DNA of 64,000 bases from an uncultured Rivularia sp. (GCA_963665115.1 OY762007.1:4704001-4768000); one strand, 5' to 3'; counted from the first letter of the stretch, positions 10,297-22,536 are shown. Numbers and translations: made by a program. Notes: generated by a model not told the origin, from the sequence alone.

Positions 10297-13128
10297 TCAC
10301 CCCATCTCCCTCTCCAGCAATCGATTCAAATTACTTTTCACAGTTTTAGTGTAAAAATGTTCTTCCCCTAAAACAGAAAGGCAAATATCTAAAGCTTGTT
10401 GAAAAATCGGTTCGGCTTTTTGGCTTTGTTCAAGACATTGATACATTTGCGCTAAATTATTCAGAGTTGTTGCTGTGTGGGGATGCATTTCTCCAAAGTT
10501 TTGTTGACAAATTTTTAATGCTTGCTCTAGAAGGGGCTTAGCTTTCTCGTATTTTCCCATGCAGCAGTACAAGGCAGCCAAGCTATTAAGACTATTAGCG
10601 GTTATGGGGTGTTGTTGTCCAAATATTTGAGAACGAATTTGGAGAGCTTGTTTAAAATACACTTCTGAGGTGTAATACCGTTTTTGGGTTTTGTAAATTA
10701 GTCCGAGGTTGTGGAAACACTCAGCGGTTTGAGGATGTTGTTTGCTTAGAACTTTACAATTAATCTGTAGGGCTTGTTGTAATAATTGTTCTGAAAAAGC
10801 AAAATTACCTTGTTGATAAAGTAAAGAGCCGAGTTTACTAAGCTTTTGGGCAGCAGCAGGGGTTTCTTCAAAATTACTAATTTCCATGTTGGCATGGCGG
10901 CTTTGTTTAAGAAAGTCTACTGTATCGTATTCGCCACGGATGCGAGAGAAATTTATTATAGCAGTATTCAGTTGTAGAGTTTGAGGATGCGTCAAACCAA
11001 GGTTAATTTCGGCAGTTTCTAAAGCTAATTGGTACTCTTCATAGGCTTGCTGATATGTGAGATAACCCATGTTTTGGTAGATATTGCCTAGCATTCCATG
11101 ACAATAAATAGTTAAAGGATGAGTTGCAGAATCTATATCCTTTAAAGTCTGTTTAAAAAGCTTTTGCGCTAAATCATAATTTTTGTGATGAGCATTTAAC
11201 CAAGCAATTGTAAACTTTGTTTGAGCAATTTGAATTCGGGCATTTTGTTGAGATTCAAATATCTCTAAGGCTTTTTGACTCAACTTTAATGCTTCAGAGT
11301 AGCTTCCTTTAATAACAGCAATTTCTGTTTGGATATTTAACGCTTCGGCTATTTCAATCGAATTGTGACTTAAATAATTAGTGCTGAGATTTAAGGCTTT
11401 TTTTGCAGCGCTCTCGGCATCCGAAGTGCGTTGAAGTTTTAAATAACAAGCCGCAAGCTGTAAATGTAGTCTTGATGCAATATCTTGAAGATTTTCAGTT
11501 TGCCCTAACTTTTCTGCTGTTTGTAAGGCAATCACAGCTTGTTGATAATCTCCCAAAGCTAATAAAGATTTGCCTAATAGACTAAAAGTCAAAGCATTTT
11601 GTTGGTACTTAAGCAAAAATTGCAGTGCAAAAACACTAAACTCATGTCTACCTGCTTGAGAAACTAGTGTTATTTGTTCCAAAAGCCAATCAGTTAATTT
11701 TTGCTGCTGTTGACTCTTGAAACCATGTTCGATTAACTTTACGAACATACTCAACTGTGATGGCGATTGCCGATATTTTGCTTGATAGTACTCAAACAAC
11801 CAACTATGAACAGATTGCTGTAAATTATCTGGTTGATTTTTGGATAAATACTCTTCCACAAGTGGATGCAAGCGTAATCCTTCTGAATTTAATTCCACAA
11901 AAGGCGATTTGACAATTTTGTGAAACAGTTTCCTCCAACAATCGCATATCCAATTGCAGCTAGAGATTTCAAATTGACTCATCAATTTTGCAAACAGCAC
12001 TTCATCCCAACTGCGACAGTTAGATAAAATCTGCCAAATTCTTCGTTCATACCAATCCCAAGCTGCATTGAGTTTGGGTAAAATTTCTTGTAGATTGCGG
12101 GCAAAATTTTTTACTTGTGGAGCTTTTTGCTTTGCTAGATTTAGGTAAGTTTCTACTCCTAAATGTAGATACAGAGGGATACCTTCAGATGCTTGAATAA
12201 TAAGTGGTGAATACGAATTCTCAACGTTGAATTTTTGTATAATTGCTTGAGATTCGGCATCAGTCAAATTTTGGATCGGGATATTTTGGGTATTACTTGT
12301 TAGATTAACCGGCTTTTGTGCAAAAATTACCCATAATATAGAAGGATTGAGTTGAATTAAATCCTTCAACCAGTTGCACTCAGCTTCAACATTAGGTAAA
12401 AAATCGTAATTATCAATGAAAACTACTACTCTTTGACGAGTTTTTTCTAAGTGTAGCTGTAAATCTCGTGCTAAAAAGATAGGTAGTAATTCTTGAATAT
12501 CTTTTAAACTTGCACACTTTTTTAACTCTTGTAAATCATGACTACCTTTTAGCCTCCACCATTTACGTATTTCTCCCGTTTGCTGGATAAAAAACCAGTT
12601 CAAACAAGCAAATATTTTACTTCCAACTGATAATGACTTCCATTCATCCTGAGTTTGATAGTTATTTAAACACTTAGTAGCTTCCAATAATAATGGAAAT
12701 TGGTATAGCCCTTTCTTGACTATTTCAATAATTTGTAAAATGTCTATTTTTTGCACTATTGCTTCTGATAAATGTATCGCTTCAGAAGCATTTGCTAAAG
12801 CATCATACAGCAGGTAAGCAATATCAAAGCTACTCAAATCAAAATCATTTTTAACCAAATCCTCGCGTAATTTAAGTAAAGCCGCGTTCACTGGATTTGA
12901 TATTACACAATCGTTAAGTATTTCTCCCCCATTAACAACTGTGCTATTCGAGTAATATTGTCTTATCTTTTTGTACAAATACTTAGAAAGACTGGATTTT
13001 CCAATTCCTGGTTGCCCGTAAAGAATTAGCACATTAGTAGAATTACTTTTACTATTTATAATTTCAACTAATAATTCTTCTGTGTACTTTTCCCTATCAA
13101 TCCTTTCTTCGTACTTTCGCTGCAACAT
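10297..13128 (-). CDS. P-loop NTPase with C-terminal tetratricopeptide repeats
   Basis: GQPGIGKS Walker A, VVFIDNYD Walker B, HPxTAxxLNNLA-type TPR repeats. Confidence 0.85.
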   Translation of the reverse strand: MLQRKYEERIDREKYTEELLVEIINSKSNSTNVLILYGQPGIGKSSLSKYLYKKIRQYYSNSTVVNGGEILNDCVISNPVNAALLKLREDLVKNDFDLSSFDIAYLLYDALANASEAIHLSEAIVQKIDILQIIEIVKKGLYQFPLLLEATKCLNNYQTQDEWKSLSVGSKIFACLNWFFIQQTGEIRKWWRLKGSHDLQELKKCASLKDIQELLPIFLARDLQLHLEKTRQRVVVFIDNYDFLPNVEAECNWLKDLIQLNPSILWVIFAQKPVNLTSNTQNIPIQNLTDAESQAIIQKFNVENSYSPLIIQASEGIPLYLHLGVETYLNLAKQKAPQVKNFARNLQEILPKLNAAWDWYERRIWQILSNCRSWDEVLFAKLMSQFEISSCNWICDCWRKLFHKIVKSPFVELNSEGLRLHPLVEEYLSKNQPDNLQQSVHSWLFEYYQAKYRQSPSQLSMFVKLIEHGFKSQQQQKLTDWLLEQITLVSQAGRHEFSVFALQFLLKYQQNALTFSLLGKSLLALGDYQQAVIALQTAEKLGQTENLQDIASRLHLQLAACYLKLQRTSDAESAAKKALNLSTNYLSHNSIEIAEALNIQTEIAVIKGSYSEALKLSQKALEIFESQQNARIQIAQTKFTIAWLNAHHKNYDLAQKLFKQTLKDIDSATHPLTIYCHGMLGNIYQNMGYLTYQQAYEEYQLALETAEINLGLTHPQTLQLNTAIINFSRIRGEYDTVDFLKQSRHANMEISNFEETPAAAQKLSKLGSLLYQQGNFAFSEQLLQQALQINCKVLSKQHPQTAECFHNLGLIYKTQKRYYTSEVYFKQALQIRSQIFGQQHPITANSLNSLAALYCCMGKYEKAKPLLEQALKICQQNFGEMHPHTATTLNNLAQMYQCLEQSQKAEPIFQQALDICLSVLGEEHFYTKTVKSNLNRLLEREMG

Positions 13129-13910
13129 GATTTTGACAAGTAACTACTCGTAACACTCCAACAAACTAAACTGCGAAAATTATAGACGCGAAAATTACGT
13201 TCTTTATTTTTACAAAAAAACGTTTTAACAAGATTGCTTGCTTTTAAATATAATTACTTAAAGTGTGAAAGCTAAATTCCAAAATGCAAGAATTAGAATT
13301 CATACTTTTACTAATGAAAAAGAAACTAGCCGATAGGGAAATTAAACACGCATTGTTTCTACTTACAAACTCAAACTCTCTAATTTTTGGGATGCATTTG
13401 CATATAAAAAAAATATCAGTTGAAAATGATCTTGAGCAAAAGACAAAAATACTCAAGTTATCTTTTCTGATACCGAAACTTCTGTACAGTATTACAGCCC
13501 TTATAGATACCAGTATAAATTATCGTTATCGTATCAGTTGTATATCCCGATAAACTTCATCTAATGTAAATGAAAATTTCATTATTTTTAGGTATTGACT
13601 AATTCTACGTTATGTGTATTGCTACTTAGGGTCTAAAGTTTCTAATAATTCACATCTTGCACAATTGCTATTAAACCCAAATTCCCGCCTTGAAATTGAT
13701 TTCAAGGTGTGCAGGAGAATGCTGCAAGATGTCAGATTTATTAGACTTTGCATATAAGAGAGGGGAATTTATTCCAAGGCATTTATTGAAAATGGTGCAA
13801 AATATGAATATAAGAAACTTTTATGAGTTCGCAAAAAAGCAAAAATAACACGATTATACGAGAGTAACTCTTACTACAAATTTTTATAATTTAAACAAAA
13901 TCGTATTACA

Positions 13911-13938
13911 AAAAAACCCGGTCGAAAAAACCGGGTTT
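13911..13938 (-). terminator. Probable intrinsic terminator after pntB
   Basis: AAACCCGGT...ACCGGGTTT hairpin with an A-run on the left (T-run on the minus strand). Confidence 0.6.
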
Positions 13939-13981
13939 GTAGATTATTGAAAATAGTTGGAGCTATGGAATTAAATCTATA

Positions 13982-15383
13982 TTACAACTGCTTCACTTCA
14001 GCTACTAACTTACCTACCATATCTTTAGCACTACCAAAAAGCATCGAAGTTTTATCTTTGTAGAACAAGCCATTATCAACGCCTGCAAAACCCTTGCTCA
14101 TACCGCGCTTAATCACAATCGCTTGCTTTGCCCGATCGACTTCTAAAATGGGCATACCATAAATCGGACTATTCTTATCGCTTTTTGCAGCTGGATTCAC
14201 TACATCATTTGCCCCAATAATTAAAGCAACATCAGTTTGCTCAAATTGGGGATTGACATCTTCCATATCGTGAAGCTGTTCGTAAGGTACGTTTGCTTCA
14301 GCAAGCAATACATTCATATGTCCCCGGCATTCTTCCAGCGACTGGATGAATCGCATACTTAACATCTACACCCATACGTTCCAACTGATCCCCCAATTCG
14401 CGAACGCCATGCTGTGCTTGAGCAACTGCCATACCGTAACCAGGAACAATTACCACGGAACGAGCATAGCCCAACATCATCGCGCATTCTTCGGGATCGA
14501 CGCTGCGAACAGTTCCTTCGGTTGTACCCTCACCAGCACCACCACCACCAGTAGCTCCACCAAAAGCGCCGAATAACACGCTAAACAAAGAACGGTTCAT
14601 TGCCTTACACATAATCTGTGTCAGGATTAAACCACTTGCTCCCACCAAAGCACCGGCGATGATTAACATATTGTTCATCACCACAAAACCAGCAGCAGCA
14701 GCAGCTAAACCAGAAAGCGAGTTTAACAGCGAAATTACTACCGGCATATCGCCACCACCGATAGGGATAACGAACAATACACCTAATAGCAACGAAACGC
14801 CGACTATTCCTAAAAATACGGGTAGATTATAAGGATTAACAATTAATAATCCACTACCGACTATATAAGCAACCAACAGCAAAATATTAATCGGCTGTTG
14901 CAAAGGATAAGTAATCGGCGAACCCTTGAGAATACCTTGTAGCTTGGCAAAGGCGATGGTACTACCTGTAAAAGTGATACCGCCGATAAACACATCCAGC
15001 AGCATCGAAATATTTACATCCAAACCAATCGGCTGATTCGATTCCAGCAAGCGCCAAAACTCCGCAACGGCTACTAAGGCAGAAGCAGAACCCCCCAAGC
15101 CATTAAGTAAACCTACCATCTGGGGCATTTGCGTCATCTGCACCGTATAAGCAGCGATCGCACCAATAGCGGAACCAATTGCCAAACCGAGCAAAATCAT
15201 TTGATAATTCAACACCTGCTGATTCAAGAGAGTTGCGACAATTGCCAACAACATCCCCACAGCAGCCATTATGTTACCGTTTCGCGCCGTAGCTGGGGAA
15301 CCTAATTTCTTTAAGCCCAGAATAAATAAAGACGAAGCAACTAAATACGTTATCTGAATACCAGTTGGCAGAAAATCGCTCAT
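13982..15383 (-). CDS. pntB: NAD(P) transhydrogenase beta subunit, split by a +1 frameshift near 14322
   Basis: VPGYGMAVAQAQ and HPVAGRMPG|HMNVLLAEA; the two ORFs join if one C is removed from CCCC 14322-14325. Confidence 0.93.
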
Positions 15384-15579
15384 AAAATTTGATAGTTGAT
15401 AGTTGATAGTTGATAGTTGTTAGTTGTTAGTTGTTAGTTTTTAGTTGTTAGTTGTTAGTTGCTAATTTTTGAAGAAGCATTTCTACCTTGTATATCTAGG
15501 GAGCAAGATACTCCCACAACAATATATTTTTTCAAAATTGCTGATTAGCTACTAACAACTAATCACTAATAACTAATAA

Positions 15580-15867
15580 CTAACTCGCTTTCTTCTTAAA
15601 CATTTGCAGCATTCTGTCAGTAACTAAGAAACCACCGACAACATTAATAGTTGCAAGAGTTACGGCAATCAAACCAAGAATTACCGATAAATTTGATTCC
15701 TTTGCACCAGCAGCAACCATCGCCCCCAGTACGGCAATACCAGAAATAGCATTGGAACCAGACATCAAAGGCGTATGCAAAGTAGGCGGAACTTTGTTAA
15801 TAACTTCAAATCCAATAAAAGAAGCCAAAACAAACACAAACAAAGCAGCAATTAATGCTTCTGTCAT
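15580..15867 (-). CDS. pntA: NAD(P) transhydrogenase alpha subunit, membrane part
   Basis: VPPTLHTPLMSGSNAISG and GGFLVTDRMLQMF. Confidence 0.93.
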   Translation of the reverse strand: MTEALIAALFVFVLASFIGFEVINKVPPTLHTPLMSGSNAISGIAVLGAMVAAGAKESNLSVILGLIAVTLATINVVGGFLVTDRMLQMFKKKAS

Positions 15868-15952
15868 TTCAAAAAATCTCCTGTATAAATCAGTTATCAA
15901 TTATCAATGAACAGTTATCAATTGATAATTGTTCATTGTTCATTGATTATTG

Positions 15953-17113
15953 TTAGCTGTTAACTGTCAAAGCTTGTAAAGCGTCTTTAACTCGTTGATT
16001 GCGAATTTCGCCATCGTGGGTGACGCAAGCGGCGTTGACAATATCGTCTTCAAAATCTAGATTTAAGTCGTTGTCTTTTACCAGTAATTTCATCAGTGAA
16101 ACGAGATTCTTGGAATACAACTGGCTTGCGTGGACTGGTACTGATGAAGGTAAGTTGACTGGCCCGATAATTGTCACGCCGTTCTTAACTACATTTCCAC
16201 CGGGTTCTGTATAAGCTGCATTACCACCTTGATCTGCGGCTAAATCGACAATTACCGCACCGGGTTTCATTTGGGCAATCATTTCTTCGGTGACTAATCG
16301 AGGCGCTTTTCTACCCGGTACTTGAGCAGTTGTAATTACTACATCTGCATTTCTAACTCGTTCCGTAACGGCTTCTTGAGTACGCTTTTTACTTTCCTCG
16401 GAAATTTCTTTAGCGTAACCGCCAGCAGTGGCTGTTTCTTCTTCTAATTTAACTTCGACAAATTTCGCACCCAAACTTTGTACTTCTTCTTTAACTGCGG
16501 GGCGAATATCAAAAGCTTCTACCATTGCTCCCAAACGTCTCGCGGTGGCGATCGCCTGTAAACCAGCAACACCCGCACCCATGACAAATACTTTAGCAGG
16601 AGCGATGGTACCGGCTGCTGTTGTCAGCATGGGAAAATATTTTGGTAATGCCTCTGCGGCGATTAATACCGATTTGTAACCCGCAATGCTTGCTTGGGAA
16701 GATAAAGCATCCATACTTTGCGCCCTGGTGGTGCGAGGGATCATTTCCATGCTGAAAGCAGTTACTTTTCGTTGAGCTAGCTGCTCGGCAAGCGATGGAT
16801 TTGCTAAAGGATTAAGAAATCCGATGAGTACGCTTCCTTCTTTTAAGGCATCAATTTCCGCGCTACCATCTTCTCGTTGTTGCGGGGGACTTACTTTGAG
16901 CAGGATATCTGCTTCACCCCACAACTTTGCAGTATCAGAAATAATTGTTGCTCCAGCTGCTTCATAATCGGAATCGTTAAACAATGCTTTTTCACCAGCA
17001 CCCGATTCTATCGATACTTCAAAGCCTTGTTGTACCAACTTTGAAACAACATCTGGAATTAATGCTACACGACGCTCGCTAGCTTCTATTTCTTTAGCAA
17101 CTGCGATTCTCAT
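15953..17113 (-). CDS. pntA: NAD(P) transhydrogenase alpha subunit, NAD(H)-binding part
   Basis: RAQSMDALSSQ, GAGVAGLQA and GGYAKE motifs. Confidence 0.95.
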   Translation of the reverse strand: MRIAVAKEIEASERRVALIPDVVSKLVQQGFEVSIESGAGEKALFNDSDYEAAGATIISDTAKLWGEADILLKVSPPQQREDGSAEIDALKEGSVLIGFLNPLANPSLAEQLAQRKVTAFSMEMIPRTTRAQSMDALSSQASIAGYKSVLIAAEALPKYFPMLTTAAGTIAPAKVFVMGAGVAGLQAIATARRLGAMVEAFDIRPAVKEEVQSLGAKFVEVKLEEETATAGGYAKEISEESKKRTQEAVTERVRNADVVITTAQVPGRKAPRLVTEEMIAQMKPGAVIVDLAADQGGNAAYTEPGGNVVKNGVTIIGPVNLPSSVPVHASQLYSKNLVSLMKLLVKDNDLNLDFEDDIVNAACVTHDGEIRNQRVKDALQALTVNS

Positions 17114-17994
17114 GAATTCTCCTAATCGTTAATTATTTTTTAGAAACAGTAATTCTTGAATATTACTTTAAGGCAATCAAAGTAATGCTTGTTTGTTTTC
17201 TGGCAACAGCAAACAGGATAGGTTAAAACTCGGATTGCATTTGATGACGAAAACCTTTCTTTGCCTCTAAATGTAATATTTTGGTCTTTGAAGGCTACAT
17301 ACAAGATTTAAGTATTGTTTATCCTAAGTCGATTCCCAAACCTTGCTATCTTATCTTTAACTTTTTTTCGGGATTGAACAATACTAATTTTACTTGCTTA
17401 CATTTAGAAAACTTTAGTTACTTATACCAATATCTATGATTCGTCAAACTTTAATATTTTAATAATAATTTTGCTACATTTTTATCTATCTTCAATCTTG
17501 TAAACATAAAGTTGGCAAATAAGCAGCAATCATATTGTTGAATTAGCTCCGCCAGAAAACTTGTCTTTCTGAAGATAGCGTAATTCAATCTATAATTGTT
17601 GGATTAACTATTTCAATTTTTTTAACAAAATACTTCATTCTCGAAATACTTGTACATATTTAGAAACACTATCATATTTTCATCACAATCAAGATGCATC
17701 TAATTGCTGTATTTACTTTCCTCAAAATGAAAATTATCTATCGTTTGAAATAACTAGTAAAAGCTTCCAAATATTCACACCCACTAAATTCGATTCAAAT
17801 AAGAAATTATACTTTTAGATTAGATGCTTTAGATACTTGTTTTTTTGCAATTATTGCATATGAATACGGATAAAGACACTTTTTGTAAGTGACTTACGTC
17901 TAGTATTTGGGATTCAGTAGTAAAGTTTAGTTACGAGCCTTAACTTCGTACTGCCTTCATACAACAATTAATTTTTGCTAGAGGAGTGATTACT

Positions 17995-18519
17995 ATGCGA
18001 CGTTTACTTGGTGCTGTAGCCGTAACTGGCTTTTTACTTGCTGGAATGCCAGCTATAACATCCGCTCAAGGTTTACCTGGATTAACCTTGTTTAGCGGTG
18101 TAAAGAGCGAAAATCAACTATCATACCGATTGGACTTTGGCGGGCAAACACGTGACTGGGATCGATACCGTTTAAGAATTCCCGGTAAAAAGCTGAAAAT
18201 GGCGACTGAAAAGTTCGTCATTGCTTATCCAGATTATTACGATGGAGAATTCGATACCGACGAAGTTGAAATCAAAGTCGGAAGGGGAAAAGGCAAAAAA
18301 GTAGCCGTTTCTGAAGTTAAATGGGATAAAGAAGGGAAAGTAATTGAAATCTATCCCAAGGAACCCATCCCCGCAGGTAAGAGCGTCGAATTGCAGTTAT
18401 CCAACGTGCAAAACCCAGATTTTCCTGGAACATTCTACTTCAACTGCTTAATTCAATCTCCTGGCGATAAAACAGCGTTAACCCGCTATGTAGGAACTTG
18501 GATTATCGGGATTAATTAA
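17995..18519 (+). CDS. DUF2808-like exported protein
   Basis: Signal peptide; LSNVQNP...YVGTW motif; position upstream of rpmH. Confidence 0.75.
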   Translation: MRRLLGAVAVTGFLLAGMPAITSAQGLPGLTLFSGVKSENQLSYRLDFGGQTRDWDRYRLRIPGKKLKMATEKFVIAYPDYYDGEFDTDEVEIKVGRGKGKKVAVSEVKWDKEGKVIEIYPKEPIPAGKSVELQLSNVQNPDFPGTFYFNCLIQSPGDKTALTRYVGTWIIGIN

Positions 18520-18730
18520 GAAAAGTGGGCATGGGGGATTGGGGATAGTTGGGAGTCAGGAATGAGTAGTAAGTAAAGAGTAGCAAGTAGTCAGTCGTTA
18601 AGAGTTATTTTTTCTTCCTCATCCCCCCATCTCCCCCCTCTCTCATTATTTAATTTGACTTTAAAATTTAAAAACTAAATGGTATAATAGCGGATTGTAA
18701 TTTTTTATAAAGTGGTCAGGAAGGAAAATT

Positions 18731-18865
18731 ATGAAAAGAACGTTAGGCGGCACTTGCCGTAAGAGAAAGAGAACTTCTGGATTTCGTGCGAGAATGCGGA
18801 CACCGGATGGTAGAAACGTGATCAGAGCTAGAAGAAAGAAAGGTCGCCATCGTTTAAGCGTTTAA
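18731..18865 (+). CDS. rpmH: 50S ribosomal protein L34
   Basis: Manual translation [44 protein letters not shown]. Confidence 0.97.
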   Translation: MKRTLGGTCRKRKRTSGFRARMRTPDGRNVIRARRKKGRHRLSV

Positions 18866-18907
18866 AGGTTTAAGCGCTTTATGTTGTTTGGTTAGGAGTA
18901 TTTGATA

Positions 18908-19330
18908 TTGGCTTTGCCGTCTTCAAATCGACTCAAGTCCCGACACGATTTTAGGGCAGTTTTCCGGGAAGGATTTCGCTGTCATGGTTATTACATGACC
19001 TTGAGAGCATTACAACCGCTCCAGGAGAAGTTACCTTCTTCGGATACTCCCGGCGAAAATGAACTAGAAAACACAGCAACAACCCTCACTCCACCGCGAA
19101 TTGGTATATCGATTAGTACCAAAGTTAGTAAAAAAGCTGTAGTTCGCAATCGATTGAAACGGCAAATCGCAGCTGTTTTATATGAATTATTACCGAAACT
19201 AGCCCCCGAATGGCGATTAGTGGTAGTTGTAAAACCAACAGCCGCACAACAAGAGTGCGGAAGCAAACAATTTCTGCAAGAATTAGAGCAGTTGTTGCTA
19301 AAAGCCGAGGTCATTAATGGGCATCCGTGA
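18908..19330 (+). CDS. rnpA: Ribonuclease P protein component
   Basis: KVSKKAVVRNRLKR RNR motif; position after rpmH. Confidence 0.95.
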   Translation: MALPSSNRLKSRHDFRAVFREGFRCHGYYMTLRALQPLQEKLPSSDTPGENELENTATTLTPPRIGISISTKVSKKAVVRNRLKRQIAAVLYELLPKLAPEWRLVVVVKPTAAQQECGSKQFLQELEQLLLKAEVINGHP

Positions 19331-19709
19331 AGAAGTTTATTATGAAGGTGGTCCTCATGTTGGGGATTTAATTATAGGTATACTGATTGGTCTTACTATC
19401 GTTGGTATACCCTTAGCTGTTGGCGCTTTTGTCAGAGCATTGTGGCTGCGTTACCGTATTTCCGATAAGCGTATATCAGTCACTGGTGGTTGGATGGGAC
19501 GCGATCGCACGGACATAATTTACTCGGAAGTTGTGAAAATAGCGTCAGTTCCCCGTGGTGTTGGCTTGTGGGGCGATATGGTGCTAACTCTTAGAGATGG
19601 TAGCCGTTTAGAATTAAGAGCGCTTCCTAAGTTTCGGGAACTTGAAAATTATATTTCTCAACAGGTAGCTGCTAGAAATCCTAAGTTTGCCGATGCACAG
19701 AAAAAGTAA
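19317..19709 (+). CDS. Bacterial PH-domain membrane protein
   Basis: TM hairpin followed by LRYRISDKRISV; conserved position between rnpA and yidC. Confidence 0.85.
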   Translation: MGIREEVYYEGGPHVGDLIIGILIGLTIVGIPLAVGAFVRALWLRYRISDKRISVTGGWMGRDRTDIIYSEVVKIASVPRGVGLWGDMVLTLRDGSRLELRALPKFRELENYISQQVAARNPKFADAQKK

Positions 19710-19990
19710 GTTTTGGTTGCATGAAAGCAGGGTTTTTCGTAGCCAGCACAAAGATGAATCAATTCAAAATACAAATTTTAAAAAACTAAAAAATTCAAAA
19801 TAATTCAAACCAATTTTTAGTTTTAGTTTTTAGTTTTGAATTGGTGCCATCTCTATCTATTTCACCGATTGCAATATCGGTACTTGAAAAAATGTGCGGC
19901 TATCCGTAGGATAGCTAGTCGCATTTTGAATCGGGATTTAGATAAATTAGATTCAGTTAATTTAGTGTTTATAGGGTTGAATTCAAAATA

Positions 19991-21142
19991 ATGGACTTTG
20001 GTATTGGGTTCCTCTCGAACAATGTAATGCTGCCAATCATAGACTTGTTCTATAGCATTGTGCCGAGTTATGGATTGGCGATTATTGCTCTAACTTTAAT
20101 CATCCGCTTATCACTCTATCCTTTGAGTGCGGGATCGATACGCAATATGCGGAAGATGAAGATTGTGCAGCCGGTGATGCAGAAGCGGATGGCGGAAGTT
20201 AAAGAAAGATATAAAGACGATCCGCAGAAGCAGCAAGAAGAGATGATGAATACTCAAAAGGAGTTTGGCAACCCACTTGCTGGTTGCGCTCCTTTGCTTT
20301 TACAAATGCCTGTATTGCTAGCACTTTTCGCAACATTGCGGGGTTCGCCTTTCGCTACTGCAAACTACAACGTCAACCTACAGATTTTGCCTAGCGAACA
20401 AATCGAACGGATTCAACCAGCTTCATTTGCTACAAAACCCTCCAGTATTTATGTCGATGAAGGCGATCGCATTAAAGTTGCTGCCGTTCTTCCTGGAGGA
20501 AATAAGCTAGCGGTAGGAGAACACACCAAGCTTCAATATCAAACAGTTGAGGGTAAACCGTTTGAAGAGGTTTTGGAGCAGCACCCAGAAAATAAGAATA
20601 AGTTACTTCCTCAGTGGAAAATAACTAAAGGAGCAGAACGAATAAGCATTGATACTGAAGGTAATATCGAAGCTTTACAGCCCGGAGATGTAACTATTCA
20701 AGGAAATATTCCTGGATTAGCAGCAGACACGGGATTTTTGTTTATTCAGGCTTTGGGTAGAGTAGGCGCATTTGATGACGATGGTGGGGTTCGTTGGGAT
20801 ATCGTCTCGATGATTGGACTGTTTGGCGTTTCGCTCTATGTGAGTCAGTTAATTTCCGGACAAGGCAATGCAACTGATAATCCACAGCAGAATACTGTAG
20901 CTAAACTCACTCCAATTCTTTTTTCCGGGATGTTTTTATTCTTCCCCTTACCTGCTGGGGTATTGATGTATATGGTAATTGGTAACGTATTCCAAACCTT
21001 ACAAACCTACATCCTTTCCAAGGAACCTTTATCGGAAGATTTGCAAAAGATTATGGACGCGCAGGAAAAAGAAGCTTTAAGCGCAGAAGCAAAAGCGCTA
21101 CCGTTTGAACCAAAAAGTACTAAAAAGAAAGCAACAAGCTGA
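19991..21142 (+). CDS. yidC: Membrane protein insertase YidC/Alb3
   Basis: [15 protein letters not shown] and PAGVLMY motifs; operon context. Confidence 0.95.
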   Translation: MDFGIGFLSNNVMLPIIDLFYSIVPSYGLAIIALTLIIRLSLYPLSAGSIRNMRKMKIVQPVMQKRMAEVKERYKDDPQKQQEEMMNTQKEFGNPLAGCAPLLLQMPVLLALFATLRGSPFATANYNVNLQILPSEQIERIQPASFATKPSSIYVDEGDRIKVAAVLPGGNKLAVGEHTKLQYQTVEGKPFEEVLEQHPENKNKLLPQWKITKGAERISIDTEGNIEALQPGDVTIQGNIPGLAADTGFLFIQALGRVGAFDDDGGVRWDIVSMIGLFGVSLYVSQLISGQGNATDNPQQNTVAKLTPILFSGMFLFFPLPAGVLMYMVIGNVFQTLQTYILSKEPLSEDLQKIMDAQEKEALSAEAKALPFEPKSTKKKATS

Positions 21143-21655
21143 TGATGAGCGACACTCGGATGCAACGTGGGGAGCAGTGGTTAAAAGAACTGCTGCAATT
21201 ATCTGGGTTCTCTGCGGAGATTAAAAGCGATAAAGAGGAAAACACCTTGGGAGAAAAAGACCCCACTTTCTCTTAATAGCTATTGGTTGACAATTGAGGA
21301 ATCCAAATTAACTGAAAATCAAATTCAAAATTTGATTGGACGCGATGGTAAAGTGCTAGATGCAATTCAGTATCTAGCAAATTCTATTCTTAACTTGAAC
21401 CAAGAAACCGAGGAACAAGCATCTTATACAGTCGAATTAAACGGCTACCGCGTTACTCGGTTAGCCGAGATTAGCGGCATGATAGAAGAAGTAATTGATA
21501 GAGTCCGTAACACCGGACAAGAAGTGGAAGTAAAATCCCTCAGTTCGGCCGAACGTCGTCAAGTTCACACTTTGTTAAAGGGTTTTGAAGATTTAGAAAG
21601 CTTCAGTCAAGGTAAAGAACCACATCGTCATCTGGTTATACGTCCAGCAGTATGA
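21142..21655 (+). CDS. jag: Jag/KhpB-like KH-R3H RNA-binding protein, +1 frameshift near 21260
   Basis: ATG overlaps the yidC stop; LIGRDGKVLDAIQYL and ERRQVH lie in a second frame. Confidence 0.85.
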
Positions 21656-21763
21656 TAAGTAGATTTGAAGGTTGGGGATATATAGAAATATCTAAAAATA
21701 TATTCCCTTACCTTCTTCCTTTTTATATTATTTAAAATAAATAAACTTTGAAATAAATAAACG

Positions 21764-22276
21764 GTGAATAATATGGACGCAATTTATATCCCCCAGCTTG
21801 CTCAAGCGTCAAAACCGATAGAAGATATAGTTGTTAAAGAGTTTCTACCAGGTTTAAATACTTTAACGCCAGTTCGCGGCAATATTCGCGTTGAGCATCG
21901 CGGAAATTTCTTACAATTAACCGCACAAGCTGAAGCAATTATGACCTTGAGTTGCAACCGTTGTTTACAGCAATACAACCATCGCGTTCGACTTAATGCT
22001 TCAGAAATTATTTGGTTAGATGAAGAAGCCGTTGAAGAAGAATTTTTGGCAGAAAGAGAAGTTGCTTTAGACGAATTGGTAGAAAGTGTCTCACCACATG
22101 GATACTTTCATCCTAGTGCTTGGCTATACGAACAAATGTGTTTGGAAATTCCCCAGCGTCAGTTATGCGAAGAAAAATGTCCCGGAATTGAGCAAAATCA
22201 ACAAGAAATTGAAACAGAAGATAAACCAATTGATAGTCGTTGGGCTTCTTTACAATCTTTGAAAAAACAGTTGTAA
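21764..22276 (+). CDS. YceD/DUF177 family protein
   Basis: CNRCL and LCEEKCPG cysteine motifs; DSRWASL tail. Confidence 0.9.
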   Translation: MNNMDAIYIPQLAQASKPIEDIVVKEFLPGLNTLTPVRGNIRVEHRGNFLQLTAQAEAIMTLSCNRCLQQYNHRVRLNASEIIWLDEEAVEEEFLAEREVALDELVESVSPHGYFHPSAWLYEQMCLEIPQRQLCEEKCPGIEQNQQEIETEDKPIDSRWASLQSLKKQL

Positions 22277-22370
22277 TGAAGAATTTTAATTTGAATAATT
22301 GTTACTGCTATAAGCCCGGTTTTTTGGAAAAACGGGGTTTTTTAATATTAACCGATTATGAGCAAAACTC

Positions 22371-22505
22371 ATGGCTGAAGAATCACACAATTCAGATGAT
22401 GAGCTTCTAGCTGAGTACAAATTTGATTACAAGAAGGCTAAGCCTAACCGCTTTGTAAATCGTCGAGACTTCGATTCAGTTTCAGATTTGTTAATTTCTG
22501 GGTAA
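22371..22505 (+). pseudogene. Truncated antitoxin-like fragment
   Basis: 44-aa ORF with ELLAEYKFDYKKAKPNRF, resembling N-termini of BrnA-type antitoxins. Confidence 0.4.
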
Positions 22506-22536
22506 CATACGTAAAAATTATATTTTGCTTGACTTA

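Noticed and set aside
10102..10371. 89-aa ORF in the ORF track
   Set aside because: It overlaps the better 10010-10171 ORF in another frame, a REP hairpin and the end of the TPR gene.
13244..13553. Two overlapping ORFs in AT-rich DNA upstream of the TPR gene
   Set aside because: No motifs or clear RBS; probably non-coding.
13648..13809. Imperfect inverted repeat CACATCTTGCA/TGCAAAATATG
   Set aside because: Possibly a decayed MITE, but the ends are mismatched and there is no clear target duplication.
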